This document shows positions 9,622-19,540 of a stretch of DNA of 64,000 nt, one piece after another. Source of the stretch: an uncultured Rhodospirillaceae bacterium (GTDB lineage Bacteria; Pseudomonadota; Alphaproteobacteria; UBA828); the NCBI GenBank assembly GCA_963997635.1, contig CAXEND010000005.1, forward strand, positions 74,232-138,231, given 5' to 3'. Each line of letters starts with the position of its first letter. The first letter of the stretch is position 1. The translations under genes were made by a program, and so were the position numbers. The notes beneath the pieces were generated by a model. That model searched no databases and was not told where the DNA came from. It worked only from the letters and a program-made list of their open reading frames with translations.

Positions 9622-10836
9622 TCACCAAGCTTTACGCAAAAGTTCTATAACTTCTTGTTCTGAGTTAACCGTTCTAGGATTACTTGCAACAATCAGATCC
9701 TCCATAGCATCCTTAGCAATACCTGCAAAGTCTTCCTCGTTTACCCCTACGTCTCTTAACCGCCAAGGGAGGCCAAGGTCATCGCGGATAAGTTTTTGAA
9801 TTTCATCTCGAGCAAGAATTGCAGACTCTTCCGTAGTTTTATTACGAGTGTCAAGTCCTAATGCATCTGCTACTATTGCTTGTTGTTCAGCATTTACAGA
9901 GCTATTAAATTCTAGAACGCGTGGTAACATGACGGCTGAGGTTTCACCATGGGCGACATCACATCTTGCTCCAAGTTGATGTCCTATTCCGTGGCTAAGG
10001 CCTAGAGTTACATTTGCAAGGCCACAAACAGACATCCATGCTGCTACCATACACTGACCTCGTGCAGATAGATCATCAGGGTTCTCTTTTGTTTCCCTTA
10101 AATAGGTTGCCAACATGTTAAGTGCACGAAAGGATAAAGCATCAGTAAAAGGCTGATGTGTTTTACTGCATAGTGCTTCTACACAATGGTCCACTGCTCT
10201 GATACCTGTGCCTAGCCAGAGTCGTTCAGGAGTTGCCAAAGTTAGATCTGGGTCAAGAAATACAGCCTTTGCAGTTATACGGGGGTCTAAATATAGATCT
10301 TTAACCTTTCGTTCTTCATCTGTCATTCCAACAAAGAATGTAAACTCACCTGCTGAGAGTGTTGTAGGGATGGCAAACATTGGAAGAGGATCACTAGTAA
10401 GGGAAGGAATTTCTACTTTATCGGGGTACTCAAACTTAATACGATATTTATCTAATTGAGTTTTTTCAGTAATATTCTCTGCTAGGCAGATTAACACTGA
10501 TTTTGCTGTATCATTTGGTGTACCTCCACCAAAACTAATAATACAGTCAGCATTTTTTTCTCTAGCAAAAGCAGAGGCATTAATTACAGAATCTCTATGA
10601 ACATGCTGTATTGTATCTGAAAACACGCCTGCACAGCGATTACCTAATGTTTTCTCTAATTTTTCTACAAGGTCTGTCTTTGTAGCAAGAGTATTTCCTG
10701 TAATGATCACGGCATTTTTTATGCCAGATTTATCTAATTCTTCTACAATCTTGTCAGAACAGCCTGAACCAAAATGAACAATATCCATTGGTAAGTTAGA
10801 ATATTGTCCCGTTAAATTTTCCTTAGGGAAAGTTCC
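9622..10836 (-). CDS. Iron-containing alcohol dehydrogenase-family protein
   Basis: GGGTPNDTAK (GGGSxxDxAK-like) and HGIGHQLG metal-binding motifs. The ORF track starts at 10872, but GGGAG followed by a 6-nt spacer favours the ATG at 10836 (MGTFPKE...). Confidence 0.7.
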   Translation of the reverse strand, partial: GTFPKENLTGQYSNLPMDIVHFGSGCSDKIVEELDKSGIKNAVIITGNTLATKTDLVEKLEKTLGNRCAGVFSDTIQHVHRDSVINASAFAREKNADCIISFGGGTPNDTAKSVLICLAENITEKTQLDKYRIKFEYPDKVEIPSLTSDPLPMFAIPTTLSAGEFTFFVGMTDEERKVKDLYLDPRITAKAVFLDPDLTLATPERLWLGTGIRAVDHCVEALCSKTHQPFTDALSFRALNMLATYLRETKENPDDLSARGQCMVAAWMSVCGLANVTLGLSHGIGHQLGARCDVAHGETSAVMLPRVLEFNSSVNAEQQAIVADALGLDTRNKTTEESAILARDEIQKLIRDDLGLPWRLRDVGVNEEDFAGIAKDAMEDLIVASNPRTVNSEQEVIELLRKAW

Positions 10837-10962
10837 CATTTTCATCTCCCACAAAAATACTTTGTTTAACACCCTATTATAGCCTGAGCATCCCCTATGT
10901 ATGCAAATTTTTTTTGTAAAACCTGTTCTTATTTAGGCAAGAATTGTATGATAGGGTTATAG
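10837..10962. promoter_or_regulatory. Divergent intergenic region (Fe-ADH <- -> TPR protein), presumed promoters
   Basis: AT-rich 126-bp spacer between divergently transcribed genes. No motif confirmed. Confidence 0.25.
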
Positions 10963-12309
10963 ATGACTTCACAAAACCAAAATGATCTTAATATTGCCAT
11001 TGCTGCTTTCCAGAAGGGTGAATTAGATACCGCCGAGAGAGTTTGCATAAATATACTATCTCGTGATAGTTGCGATGCGGGAGCTAATTATATTTTAGCA
11101 CTAATTAATGGGCAAAAAGGTCTAAAAAACGTTGCTATAAATCATTTTCGTGAGGCTATATTTATTGCCCCAGAATATTTTAATTATAGAATTGCTCTAT
11201 CGTCCTATTATTTAGAAATTAACAACCCAGAATCTGCTATAAAAGAGTTAGAAATAGTTCTTAGTAAAGTTCCTGACTCAATCGCAGCCCATACAAATAT
11301 AGGCACTGCTTTTAAGAAAAAAGGAAATTTAGAAAAAGCATTGGCTCATTTCGACAAAGCAGCTTTTTTATTTCGGAAACCTCAAGATAAAGATTTTATT
11401 AATAATAATCGCCAGAATGAGGTGCATCCAACATTTTCAATGACAAGAGAAACAAAACTGGAACATGATATCCAACAATTAGAATTTCTTCAAAGTCGTT
11501 ATCCTTCAAACGTGATTTTCAGTCAATACGCAAATAAAATGCTCGATGTATTAGCTAGTTTTAGAAGTCGCAATATTAATAATGGTCTTGGATCGTTCTC
11601 TGAACTGGAATATGAAAAAATATATGATTTTTATAACAAAATATTATTTAGGCCTATTTTACATGATGAAAGTCCTATTTTAGGAGACCACAAAGTTAAC
11701 ACTCTTTTATCAGAGAGGTTTGATTATAAAGCTGATGATATAGTTATCATTGATGATTTTTTAAGTGAGGTGAGTCTAGTAAACGTCCAGCGTTATTGTC
11801 TTGAATCAACTGTTTGGTTCGACACCAAAAATGACTCAGGTTATTTGGGTGCATACATGCATGATGGTTTTATTCCTAGTTTCACATTAGCAATCCAGCC
11901 AGCCTTAAGGGAAAAGTGGGAAAAACTTTTTTTAGGTAAAGTTTTGAAACAACTCTGGGCTTTCAAATATGTTTCAGAGGGAGAAGGTACAAGATTTCAT
12001 GCAGATGATGCTTCAATAAATGTTAATCTTTGGATAACCCCTGACAATTGTTGCTTCGACCCTGAGAACTCCGGTCTAACTCTATTTCCCATTAATATTC
12101 CTGAGAACATTGCCTTTTCATATTATAACAATGACAAAAATCGACTTAATGATTTGATTAAGGGACGTGAGAGGGAAAAGCTTATAATCCCTTATAAGTG
12201 TAATAGGGCGGTAATTTTTAAGTCTAGGTTTATTCATAAGACTTCTGGTTGCAAATTTATACCAGGCTATGAAAATAGAAGAATAAATATTACTTTACTC
12301 TTTGATTGA
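10963..12309 (+). CDS. TPR-repeat protein with a C-terminal cupin / 2OG-Fe(II)-oxygenase-like domain
   Basis: The N-terminal ~140 aa are TPR-like helical repeats. The C-terminal region carries an FHADDAS ... FIHKTSG (HxD...H-like) pattern and ends RINITLLFD. Confidence 0.45.
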   Translation: MTSQNQNDLNIAIAAFQKGELDTAERVCINILSRDSCDAGANYILALINGQKGLKNVAINHFREAIFIAPEYFNYRIALSSYYLEINNPESAIKELEIVLSKVPDSIAAHTNIGTAFKKKGNLEKALAHFDKAAFLFRKPQDKDFINNNRQNEVHPTFSMTRETKLEHDIQQLEFLQSRYPSNVIFSQYANKMLDVLASFRSRNINNGLGSFSELEYEKIYDFYNKILFRPILHDESPILGDHKVNTLLSERFDYKADDIVIIDDFLSEVSLVNVQRYCLESTVWFDTKNDSGYLGAYMHDGFIPSFTLAIQPALREKWEKLFLGKVLKQLWAFKYVSEGEGTRFHADDASINVNLWITPDNCCFDPENSGLTLFPINIPENIAFSYYNNDKNRLNDLIKGREREKLIIPYKCNRAVIFKSRFIHKTSGCKFIPGYENRRINITLLFD

Positions 12310-12312
12310 TTA

Positions 12313-14214
12313 TTAACCGATATTGTAGTCATCTAAAGAAGGTTCCTGAGTCATGGTCCAGTAGTCAACTAATCTCCAAGGCATTATTGATACTACACGG
12401 CCTGAACTGTTCCTATACCATGTATTCATGTTTGGAGTCGTCCAAATTAGACCCTCATGTTCTTCATCAAGTTTTTTATTATATTGATCATAAACACTTC
12501 TTTTACACTCAAGAGAATTAACGTTATTTTCAATAGAATGCATAAGTAACTTAGTTAGATAACGCACTTGGCACTCAGCAATAAAAATAATACTTCCACC
12601 ATGACCTAGATTTGTATTTGGTCCATAAAGAGCAAAGAAATTAGGAAATCCAGGTATTGTCATTCCTAAGTAGGCACGCGAGTCATCCTTTCCCCACTCA
12701 TCCTCTAGGTTTGCCCCATCTTTGCCTATGAGCTCGTAGCTAGCAAGTAATCTATTGGTTTGGAAGCCAGTAGCATATAGAAGGGCATCCAACTGAACTA
12801 GTTCCCCAGATTTTATTCTTATTCCGTTTTTTTCTATTTTTTTAATGGAGTCATTAAAAAGATTTACATTGTCTTTTTTGACTGTTTCGTACCATCTATT
12901 GTCTACCAATATTCTTTTTAAATAAGGTGGATAACTTGGGACAACTTTTTCTAAGAGATCTGTTCGATCCCCTATTTGCTTTTTAATATATTCTAATAAA
13001 CGTTGTCTATGGCGATCATTTCTTTTATTTACTGATTTTCCTCCAGACTCCCACTCGGGATCTCTACGAACAGTATGTAAGAGATGGTCTCCCATACGCC
13101 AAGCTAAATTAAATCTATACCAACCAGCATAGAATGGCACATTTTCTAGTAACCAGACTTTTTCAGTAGAAACTTCTCTATGGTAATCAGGACTCGGTAT
13201 AGCCCATTGGGCTGTGCGTTGAAAAATTGAGAGGCATTTAACCTCATCTACAATTTCTGGTATTAATTGCATACCACTAGCACCAGTGCCTATTACTCCT
13301 ACATTTTTCCCTTTGAGGTTTATATTCTTGTTCCATTTTGCAGTATGTGTCGAAAAACCTTCAAAATTTTCAAGACCTTCAATTCTTGGGTAAGCTGGGA
13401 TATTAAGTTGACCAGTCGCGGAGATAACAGTATGTGCAAGAAGTTCAACTTCCTTCCCTTCATTATCGACTGTGGTTACACACCACGTATTATTACTATT
13501 ATTTAGCTTGCATGCTGTTACGCGTGTATTAAAGATAGTATTTTCATATACTCCATGTTTTGTAGCAAAAGAGCGTAAATATTCAGCGATATCTTCTCCA
13601 TACGAATAATAATTTGGCCATTTATTATTTCTCTCAAATGAAAAAGAGTAATAATGGTTGGGAACGTCGCATCGGACGCCTGGGTAAGTATTTTCGAACC
13701 AGGTACCCCCTATATCATTATTTTTTTCTATAATTACAAAAGGAATTCCAGCTTCCCTTAGTTTTACTCCCATCAGCATGCCCGATACGCCTGCACCAAT
13801 GATTATTACATTCTTAGTTGTTAAAGTATTATTATCTGGTTTTTCTTTCCATGACCCATATCTTTCTTTCAGCTGCATTTCTTCAAGCATCATATTAAGA
13901 TATTCTTCAGGGACATCTTCTCCAACGCATGTTGACATCATTTCCAGATAAGTTTCGTCAGAAATTTTTAAATCAGGTAATTTTCCTGAAACAAAAAATT
14001 TATTTAACAATTCTAGGGCAGCACTCCTCACCTGACTTTGTAACGCACTATCTAGCCCGCCGGATTCGTGAGCAAAAAATGAAAAGTCTAGAACAGGTTT
14101 GAAAGGAGGGTTAAGCCATTTCTTATCACCAGTAAAATGATAAAGCACCATTAACAGAATAGGTATGTCGGCTTTTTCGATAGCCCACTTAATTTTGTTT
14201 GATATGTCGTTCAT
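12313..14214 (-). CDS. Baeyer-Villiger (flavin-containing) monooxygenase with an N-terminal extension
   Basis: Two Rossmann motifs (GAGVSGM and GTGASGM). BVMO fingerprint FEGFSTHTAKW (FxGxxxHxxxW). GTWFENTYPGVRCDVPNHYYSFSF region. Confidence 0.8.
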   Translation of the reverse strand: MNDISNKIKWAIEKADIPILLMVLYHFTGDKKWLNPPFKPVLDFSFFAHESGGLDSALQSQVRSAALELLNKFFVSGKLPDLKISDETYLEMMSTCVGEDVPEEYLNMMLEEMQLKERYGSWKEKPDNNTLTTKNVIIIGAGVSGMLMGVKLREAGIPFVIIEKNNDIGGTWFENTYPGVRCDVPNHYYSFSFERNNKWPNYYSYGEDIAEYLRSFATKHGVYENTIFNTRVTACKLNNSNNTWCVTTVDNEGKEVELLAHTVISATGQLNIPAYPRIEGLENFEGFSTHTAKWNKNINLKGKNVGVIGTGASGMQLIPEIVDEVKCLSIFQRTAQWAIPSPDYHREVSTEKVWLLENVPFYAGWYRFNLAWRMGDHLLHTVRRDPEWESGGKSVNKRNDRHRQRLLEYIKKQIGDRTDLLEKVVPSYPPYLKRILVDNRWYETVKKDNVNLFNDSIKKIEKNGIRIKSGELVQLDALLYATGFQTNRLLASYELIGKDGANLEDEWGKDDSRAYLGMTIPGFPNFFALYGPNTNLGHGGSIIFIAECQVRYLTKLLMHSIENNVNSLECKRSVYDQYNKKLDEEHEGLIWTTPNMNTWYRNSSGRVVSIMPWRLVDYWTMTQEPSLDDYNIG

Positions 14215-14333
14215 TGATATTGCCTGAAATTTTATAATGTAAGAAATGGTTCTCTTGGGTTTATGTGAATTATTTTAGGTGGGTGTATTTCATTTAAAAT
14301 TATTATTTATTAATTTTTGTTCTTTTGAAAGAT

Positions 14334-15263
14334 CTAACATTTGTCAATTTTCCTAATCCACTTGCCAACTTCATTAAAGGCGTCCTTATAAGTATTTAGA
14401 GCTTTCGGCATGCCTAAAAACCCATGTAACATATCAGAGTAGTGGGAATGTGTAACAGATATTGATAATTCTCTGAGCTTTTCTACAAACTCAAAACCTT
14501 CATCTCTTAAGGGGTCAAGACCTGCAGTCATGATATAAGTTTGTGGACTTCTTGATAGGTTTGGCGACAGAATAATTGAAATGTTAGGGTCATCCTTTGA
14601 TGTTTCTGAGCAATAAGATTGAATAAACCAATCCATCACAGCTGTATCCAAAAGGAATTTACTCCCAAATTCGGAGTATGAATTTCTCTTCATTGAGGTA
14701 TCCAAAACAGGATAAATTAATATTTGACCTTTGGGTTTTTTCTCTTTTGGAATTTTAATAGAAGTTGAGGCTATCAAATTTCCACCGGCACTATCACCAA
14801 CGCCAATAATTGAACTTGGTTGCAGATTATGTTGGAATATTACTTGATCCAAAGAAGAAAAAGCCAAAATCATATCATTCAAAGCAGCGGGGTATGGATG
14901 TTCGGGTGCAAGCCTGTATTCTACTGATAATACATTGCATGACCCTGCGGATGATAATCTCCTACAAAAATTATCGTATTCTTCAAGTCCAGCGAGAACC
15001 CAGCCTCCGCCATGGGCAAAAACTATAAGTGGTGCGTTGGTATTTTCTGAATGCTGGTATAAACGGCAAAGTAATTTATCCTTATCAAGCCCTATAGTTA
15101 GGTCCTCAACTTTGTATATAGGTTCATGATCTGTTTCTAATACCCGCATCCTCCTGCGGAACTCGACTCTGGCCTCAGCAGGATCATAAGTTTCAATACT
15201 TGGTAAGTTGGCGTCTGCAACTCGTTTTAAAAGTATTTCAATTTCAGGGTTTTTCTGGGTCAT
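14334..15263 (-). CDS. Alpha/beta-hydrolase fold-3 esterase/lipase (HSL family)
   Basis: HGGGW oxyanion motif and GDSAGG nucleophile elbow. 4-bp overlap with the downstream LLM gene. Confidence 0.8.
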   Translation of the reverse strand: MTQKNPEIEILLKRVADANLPSIETYDPAEARVEFRRRMRVLETDHEPIYKVEDLTIGLDKDKLLCRLYQHSENTNAPLIVFAHGGGWVLAGLEEYDNFCRRLSSAGSCNVLSVEYRLAPEHPYPAALNDMILAFSSLDQVIFQHNLQPSSIIGVGDSAGGNLIASTSIKIPKEKKPKGQILIYPVLDTSMKRNSYSEFGSKFLLDTAVMDWFIQSYCSETSKDDPNISIILSPNLSRSPQTYIMTAGLDPLRDEGFEFVEKLRELSISVTHSHYSDMLHGFLGMPKALNTYKDAFNEVGKWIRKIDKC

Positions 15264-16240
15264 ACATTTATTTCCCTTAGAAGCGGTAAGACTTCAGAGC
15301 CAAAAATCTCAGCCTGTTCATTTCGTTGATTCTCTGGGCCAGCAAAATCAATAACAAAGTTGCGAACTCCAGAGTCAATAAAATCTGAAAAAAAACTTGT
15401 TACATTTTCCTTAGGACCCAAAGCGACGTATTTTTTCGTTGGTCCGCTAAAATCCATACCATAACGTTGACTTAGTTGCTCTGAGGCTAAATCAAAAGAT
15501 TTTTCATATTCGTTATCTAATCTGACAAATATGTGATGAGCCGTATCAAAGGATCTTTCTTCTGAATTTTCTTCGAGATAAAACTCTTCGATCATTTTAA
15601 TAGATTTAGCGAACATTTCTGGTGTCACTACGTAAGATATATATCCATCGCATAATTTTGCTGCACGTTTTAAGGCAGCCTTTGACCTTCCACCAGCCCA
15701 TATAGGTGGCTGTTTAAGTTTGTATGGAGTCGGCTCAAGCTTAAGGTCAGTAAAATTTGCACTAATTCCAGAATGACTGACTTTTTCTCCAGACCAAAGT
15801 TTTTTAATTACATGAAGCGAATCAGTAAGACGTGCACCTCTATCTGAAACATTTACTCCGCAGGCCTCAAATTCTTTTTCATATTCTCCACCTACACCAA
15901 CCCCAAAAGTGAATTTTCCTTCACAAATTTGGTCTAGGCATGCAATTTGCTTTGCTACCGGGACAGGGTGTCTTAGTGGTAAAAGATATATGGCAGTACC
16001 AAATTCTAAGCTAGGAGCTTTTGCAGAAGCCCATGCAATTAATGTTAATGGGTCTACAATCGGACTTACGAAAGCTATATGGTCACCTGACCAAAACGAG
16101 TCAAAACCATAATTCTCTAAGATTGTGAGTAATTCTGAACAATTTTTAAGATCGGGTTCCCAATTAGTTTGTGCAGGATCTCTGGGAAGGCACATCCCTT
16201 GCACACCAAACTTAACTGTATCCGCAATTTGCAAAGACAT
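15260..16240 (-). CDS. LLM-class flavin-dependent oxidoreductase (luciferase-like monooxygenase family)
   Basis: TIM-barrel LLM-like sequence. The ORF track starts at 16255, but GGAGA plus a 5-nt spacer favours the ATG at 16240 (MSLQIAD...). Confidence 0.7.
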   Translation of the reverse strand: MSLQIADTVKFGVQGMCLPRDPAQTNWEPDLKNCSELLTILENYGFDSFWSGDHIAFVSPIVDPLTLIAWASAKAPSLEFGTAIYLLPLRHPVPVAKQIACLDQICEGKFTFGVGVGGEYEKEFEACGVNVSDRGARLTDSLHVIKKLWSGEKVSHSGISANFTDLKLEPTPYKLKQPPIWAGGRSKAALKRAAKLCDGYISYVVTPEMFAKSIKMIEEFYLEENSEERSFDTAHHIFVRLDNEYEKSFDLASEQLSQRYGMDFSGPTKKYVALGPKENVTSFFSDFIDSGVRNFVIDFAGPENQRNEQAEIFGSEVLPLLREINV

Positions 16241-16364
16241 TTTTATCTCCAACATTTGCTAAGTTGCAAGCATGAGGTTTGAAAGATAGGTTGTATTAAT
16301 CTTTGATTACTATAAACATTAATAATTTACTAACTATACTTTATTTAAAGCTAGGAGACAAAGT
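16241..16364. promoter_or_regulatory. Divergent intergenic region (LLM <- -> CMD-family gene)
   Basis: 124-bp AT-rich spacer. No motif confirmed. Confidence 0.2.
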
Positions 16365-16934
16365 ATGCCAGAACCCTTGCTGAAAAAAATTGAAGAAGCC
16401 AACATGGACCCAGAGTTGGCAGCCAAATATCGTAAGATTCGTGATTTACAAGAAAAAAAGGGTGGGGATGCAACATTGTTTGAGGTTGGAGCTAATGCTC
16501 CCGAATTGATGAAGTGGTATGGTGACCAATTTTACGAAACAATTTTCTATGGTGGTCGAGTAGATGTAGCTACTAAGGAACTTCTAAGGTTTAGGTTATC
16601 TAATATCCATGGATGTGCATTTTGTAATAAAGGTAATATAGAAGATGCTCGTAGTGCAGGAATTACTGAGGAAAAGTTGATTAATATTATGAATGAAGAT
16701 AGTGATGTTTTTAGCTCAAAGGAAAGAGCAGTGTTAAAGTTGGCAAGTGAGGTGGTTTTTAGCAATATGTCTGGAACTTTAGATAAGGAGCTTTATAGCG
16801 ATTTATCAAAAGATTTTGATGATGGGCAAATTTTTGAGTTAGGGATGGTTGCAGGTTTTTTGACGGGAATGGCCAAATTTTTGTTTACTTTTGATTTAGT
16901 AGAAAAAGAAGCAAACTGTCCTATCAAAATATAG
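16365..16934 (+). CDS. Carboxymuconolactone decarboxylase-family (AhpD-like) protein
   Basis: 189 aa, all-alpha, with an HGCAFC motif characteristic of the CMD/AhpD family. Confidence 0.6.
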   Translation: MPEPLLKKIEEANMDPELAAKYRKIRDLQEKKGGDATLFEVGANAPELMKWYGDQFYETIFYGGRVDVATKELLRFRLSNIHGCAFCNKGNIEDARSAGITEEKLINIMNEDSDVFSSKERAVLKLASEVVFSNMSGTLDKELYSDLSKDFDDGQIFELGMVAGFLTGMAKFLFTFDLVEKEANCPIKI

Positions 16935-17012
16935 GCTGGTATATGTCACAATTAATACAACTATAATATATAAGTATAAAAAACAATTCCGAAAGAATAA
17001 GGGGGTAAGGGG

Positions 17013-18566
17013 ATGCGGCTGATTGACTTTTTTGAGAGAGGGGTAAGATTCTGGCCTGATACCGCTTGTTTGGTCGACCCATCAGGGAGTCAGACTTATA
17101 CTGAAGTCAGCATCAGAAGCCATCAAACGGCATCTGCTTTGGTCTCAAATGGTTTAAAACCTGGAGGTATAGTCGCAATTCTTAGTCAAAATTGTTCTAA
17201 AGCATTTGAGGCTTGGATTGGTGCTGCAAGAGCAGATGGCGTATGGGTAGGGTTAGCCGCATTAAACTCGGTATCCGAAAATACATATATTCTTAATCAT
17301 CGTAGTGCGGAATGGCTATTTATCCACAGTGACTTTAAAGAACAAATTCCACAGATTCGTAAAGATTGTCCCGATCTAAAACATATTATTTGTCTTGACG
17401 AAAAAATAGATGGATATCAAACATTTGAAGAATTTATTCAAGGTCATTCTGATTTTTTTCCGGAAATAACCTATGATCGTGACTCAATAATCAGTCATTT
17501 TTCATCAGGAGGTACAACAGGCCAGCCAAAGGGTGCCTTATGGACTAGCTTAACCTGGCAAGCTTGGTCAGCAAATGTTTTTGCACACCTACCTATTAAG
17601 AAAAGGCCTGTTCACCTTGTTGCTTCATCCATGGCTCATGGAGCAGGTGTTTTTGTTTGGCCCATATTCGCATTTGGTGGTACTATTGTATCTATACCAA
17701 AGGCAGACCCAAATTCAGTTTTAAAAGCAATACAAATACACGGTGTCACACACACCTTTTTGCCTCCAACAGTTATATACATGATGTTAGCATATCCAGA
17801 AGCAAAGCAATATGACTGCAGTTCTATGGATTACTTAATTTACGGTGGTGCACCAATGTCTGCAGACAAAGTTAAAGAGGCAATCGATGTATTTGGACCA
17901 TGTATGACTCAGATTTATGGTCAGGCAGAGTGCCCTGTAACTATTGGTATTTTAACACCTGAGGAGCATATAGAAGCAGTTGAGGATCCATCAAAACAAC
18001 ATAGATTATTAAGCTGTGGTCGTGCCCCCGTATTTGTTCAAACAGAGATTATGGATGATGATGGGTTATTAGTAAATGAAGGAGAGTGGGGAGAAATTGT
18101 TGTGCGTGGAGAAATTGTTTCACTAGGATATTTTGGTGACCGAGAGGCAACTGCTGCTATACAGGAGCATGGATGGCATCACACTGGTGATGTAGGTTAT
18201 AAAGATAATGAGGGTTATATCTATATTGTTGATAGAAAAAAAGATATGATAATCTCTGGTGGTTTAAATGTTTTTCCAATAGAAATTGAGAGACTTATAT
18301 GGTCTTTTGAAGAAGTTCAAGATTGTGTAGTAATTGGTATTCCTGATGAAAAATGGGGAGAGGCAGTGAAAGCTGTTATTGAATTAAAATCTGAGCAGAT
18401 ACTTCATGAAGACGATGTGATCAAGTTATGTAAATCAGAATTGGCTGCTTATAAGGTGCCAAAGACTGTTGAATTTTGGGATGAATTACCCAGAAGTCCA
18501 GTCGGTAAAGTGCTTAAGAAAGAAGTTAGAAAAAAGTTTTGGGCAGGAGTTGACAGAAAAATTTAG
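17013..18566 (+). CDS. AMP-dependent synthetase/ligase (acyl-CoA synthetase family)
   Basis: AMP-binding motif SSGGTTGQPKG and a C-terminal GDVGYKDNEGYIYIVDRKKDMI region. 517 aa. Confidence 0.85.
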   Translation: MRLIDFFERGVRFWPDTACLVDPSGSQTYTEVSIRSHQTASALVSNGLKPGGIVAILSQNCSKAFEAWIGAARADGVWVGLAALNSVSENTYILNHRSAEWLFIHSDFKEQIPQIRKDCPDLKHIICLDEKIDGYQTFEEFIQGHSDFFPEITYDRDSIISHFSSGGTTGQPKGALWTSLTWQAWSANVFAHLPIKKRPVHLVASSMAHGAGVFVWPIFAFGGTIVSIPKADPNSVLKAIQIHGVTHTFLPPTVIYMMLAYPEAKQYDCSSMDYLIYGGAPMSADKVKEAIDVFGPCMTQIYGQAECPVTIGILTPEEHIEAVEDPSKQHRLLSCGRAPVFVQTEIMDDDGLLVNEGEWGEIVVRGEIVSLGYFGDREATAAIQEHGWHHTGDVGYKDNEGYIYIVDRKKDMIISGGLNVFPIEIERLIWSFEEVQDCVVIGIPDEKWGEAVKAVIELKSEQILHEDDVIKLCKSELAAYKVPKTVEFWDELPRSPVGKVLKKEVRKKFWAGVDRKI

Positions 18567-18580
18567 ATTTAATCGGGTGT

Positions 18581-19540
18581 ATGGGGATGTCTTATATTTT
18601 AGAAGTTGAAAATCTTACAAAGGTATTTAACGTCGGTAAGGATGCTGATTTGTATGCGGTCAATAATGTATCCTTTAGTCTTGGAAAAGGTGAAACACTC
18701 GGCCTTGTTGGTGAGAGTGGATCTGGGAAAACTACTGTTGGCCGATGTGTTTTAAGGCTAATTGAGCCAACAACTGGCAAGGTAGTGTTAAATGGAGTTG
18801 ATGTAACTAGCTTGTCTGATAAAGACTTGAGAAAACTTCGGTCTGAAATGCAATTAGTTTTCCAAGATCCATTTGGATCATTGAATCCGCGTTTAACTGT
18901 TGATGAAGTTATTAATGAGCCACTTTTTTTGCATGGAGAAGAAAAGCAAACTCGCAGGATTAGAGTTGAAGAAATGAGAGAATTGGTAGGTTTGGAGAAG
19001 GATGTACATAATTATTATCCTGCGGATTTGACTGCAAGCGAGCAACAGCGTGTTGGTATTGCTAGAGCATTAGCAACAAAGCCTTCATTTGTAGTTTTAG
19101 ATGAACCGACTTCCATGCTCGACCCATCCGCAAGGCTGGAATTAATTGATGTTTTAAGGGATATTCAAACAGAATTAGGTACATCTTTTATTTTTATTTC
19201 TCATGACCTAACATCTGTAGCAAGAATAAGTCATCGTGTTGCTATAATGTATTTAGGCCATATTATTGAAGTTGCACCAACGGATACTCTACTTAGCACA
19301 CAAAGACATCCCTATAGTAAAGCATTATTATCAGCTGTTCTCTTCCCGGACCCAGCTAAAAAATTAGATCCATTCGTTATAGAAGGTGAAATACCCACAG
19401 CTATCAACCCAGAACCAGGTTGTCCTCTCTCTGGAAGATGCCCCTATCATAAAGAGGTATGCGACAAAGTTACCCCAGAGTTGTTGGCGGTAAAAGAAAA
19501 CCATCTTTCGAGGTGTGTCCACTGGGATCAATTAAGCTAA
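18581..19540 (+). CDS. ABC transporter ATP-binding protein (DppF/OppF-like, with C-terminal oligopeptide-transporter domain)
   Basis: Walker A GESGSGKTT, signature ASEQQRVGIARALA, Walker B VVLDEPTSMLD, plus the extra C-terminal domain typical of Opp/Dpp ATPases. Confidence 0.8.
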   Translation: MGMSYILEVENLTKVFNVGKDADLYAVNNVSFSLGKGETLGLVGESGSGKTTVGRCVLRLIEPTTGKVVLNGVDVTSLSDKDLRKLRSEMQLVFQDPFGSLNPRLTVDEVINEPLFLHGEEKQTRRIRVEEMRELVGLEKDVHNYYPADLTASEQQRVGIARALATKPSFVVLDEPTSMLDPSARLELIDVLRDIQTELGTSFIFISHDLTSVARISHRVAIMYLGHIIEVAPTDTLLSTQRHPYSKALLSAVLFPDPAKKLDPFVIEGEIPTAINPEPGCPLSGRCPYHKEVCDKVTPELLAVKENHLSRCVHWDQLS

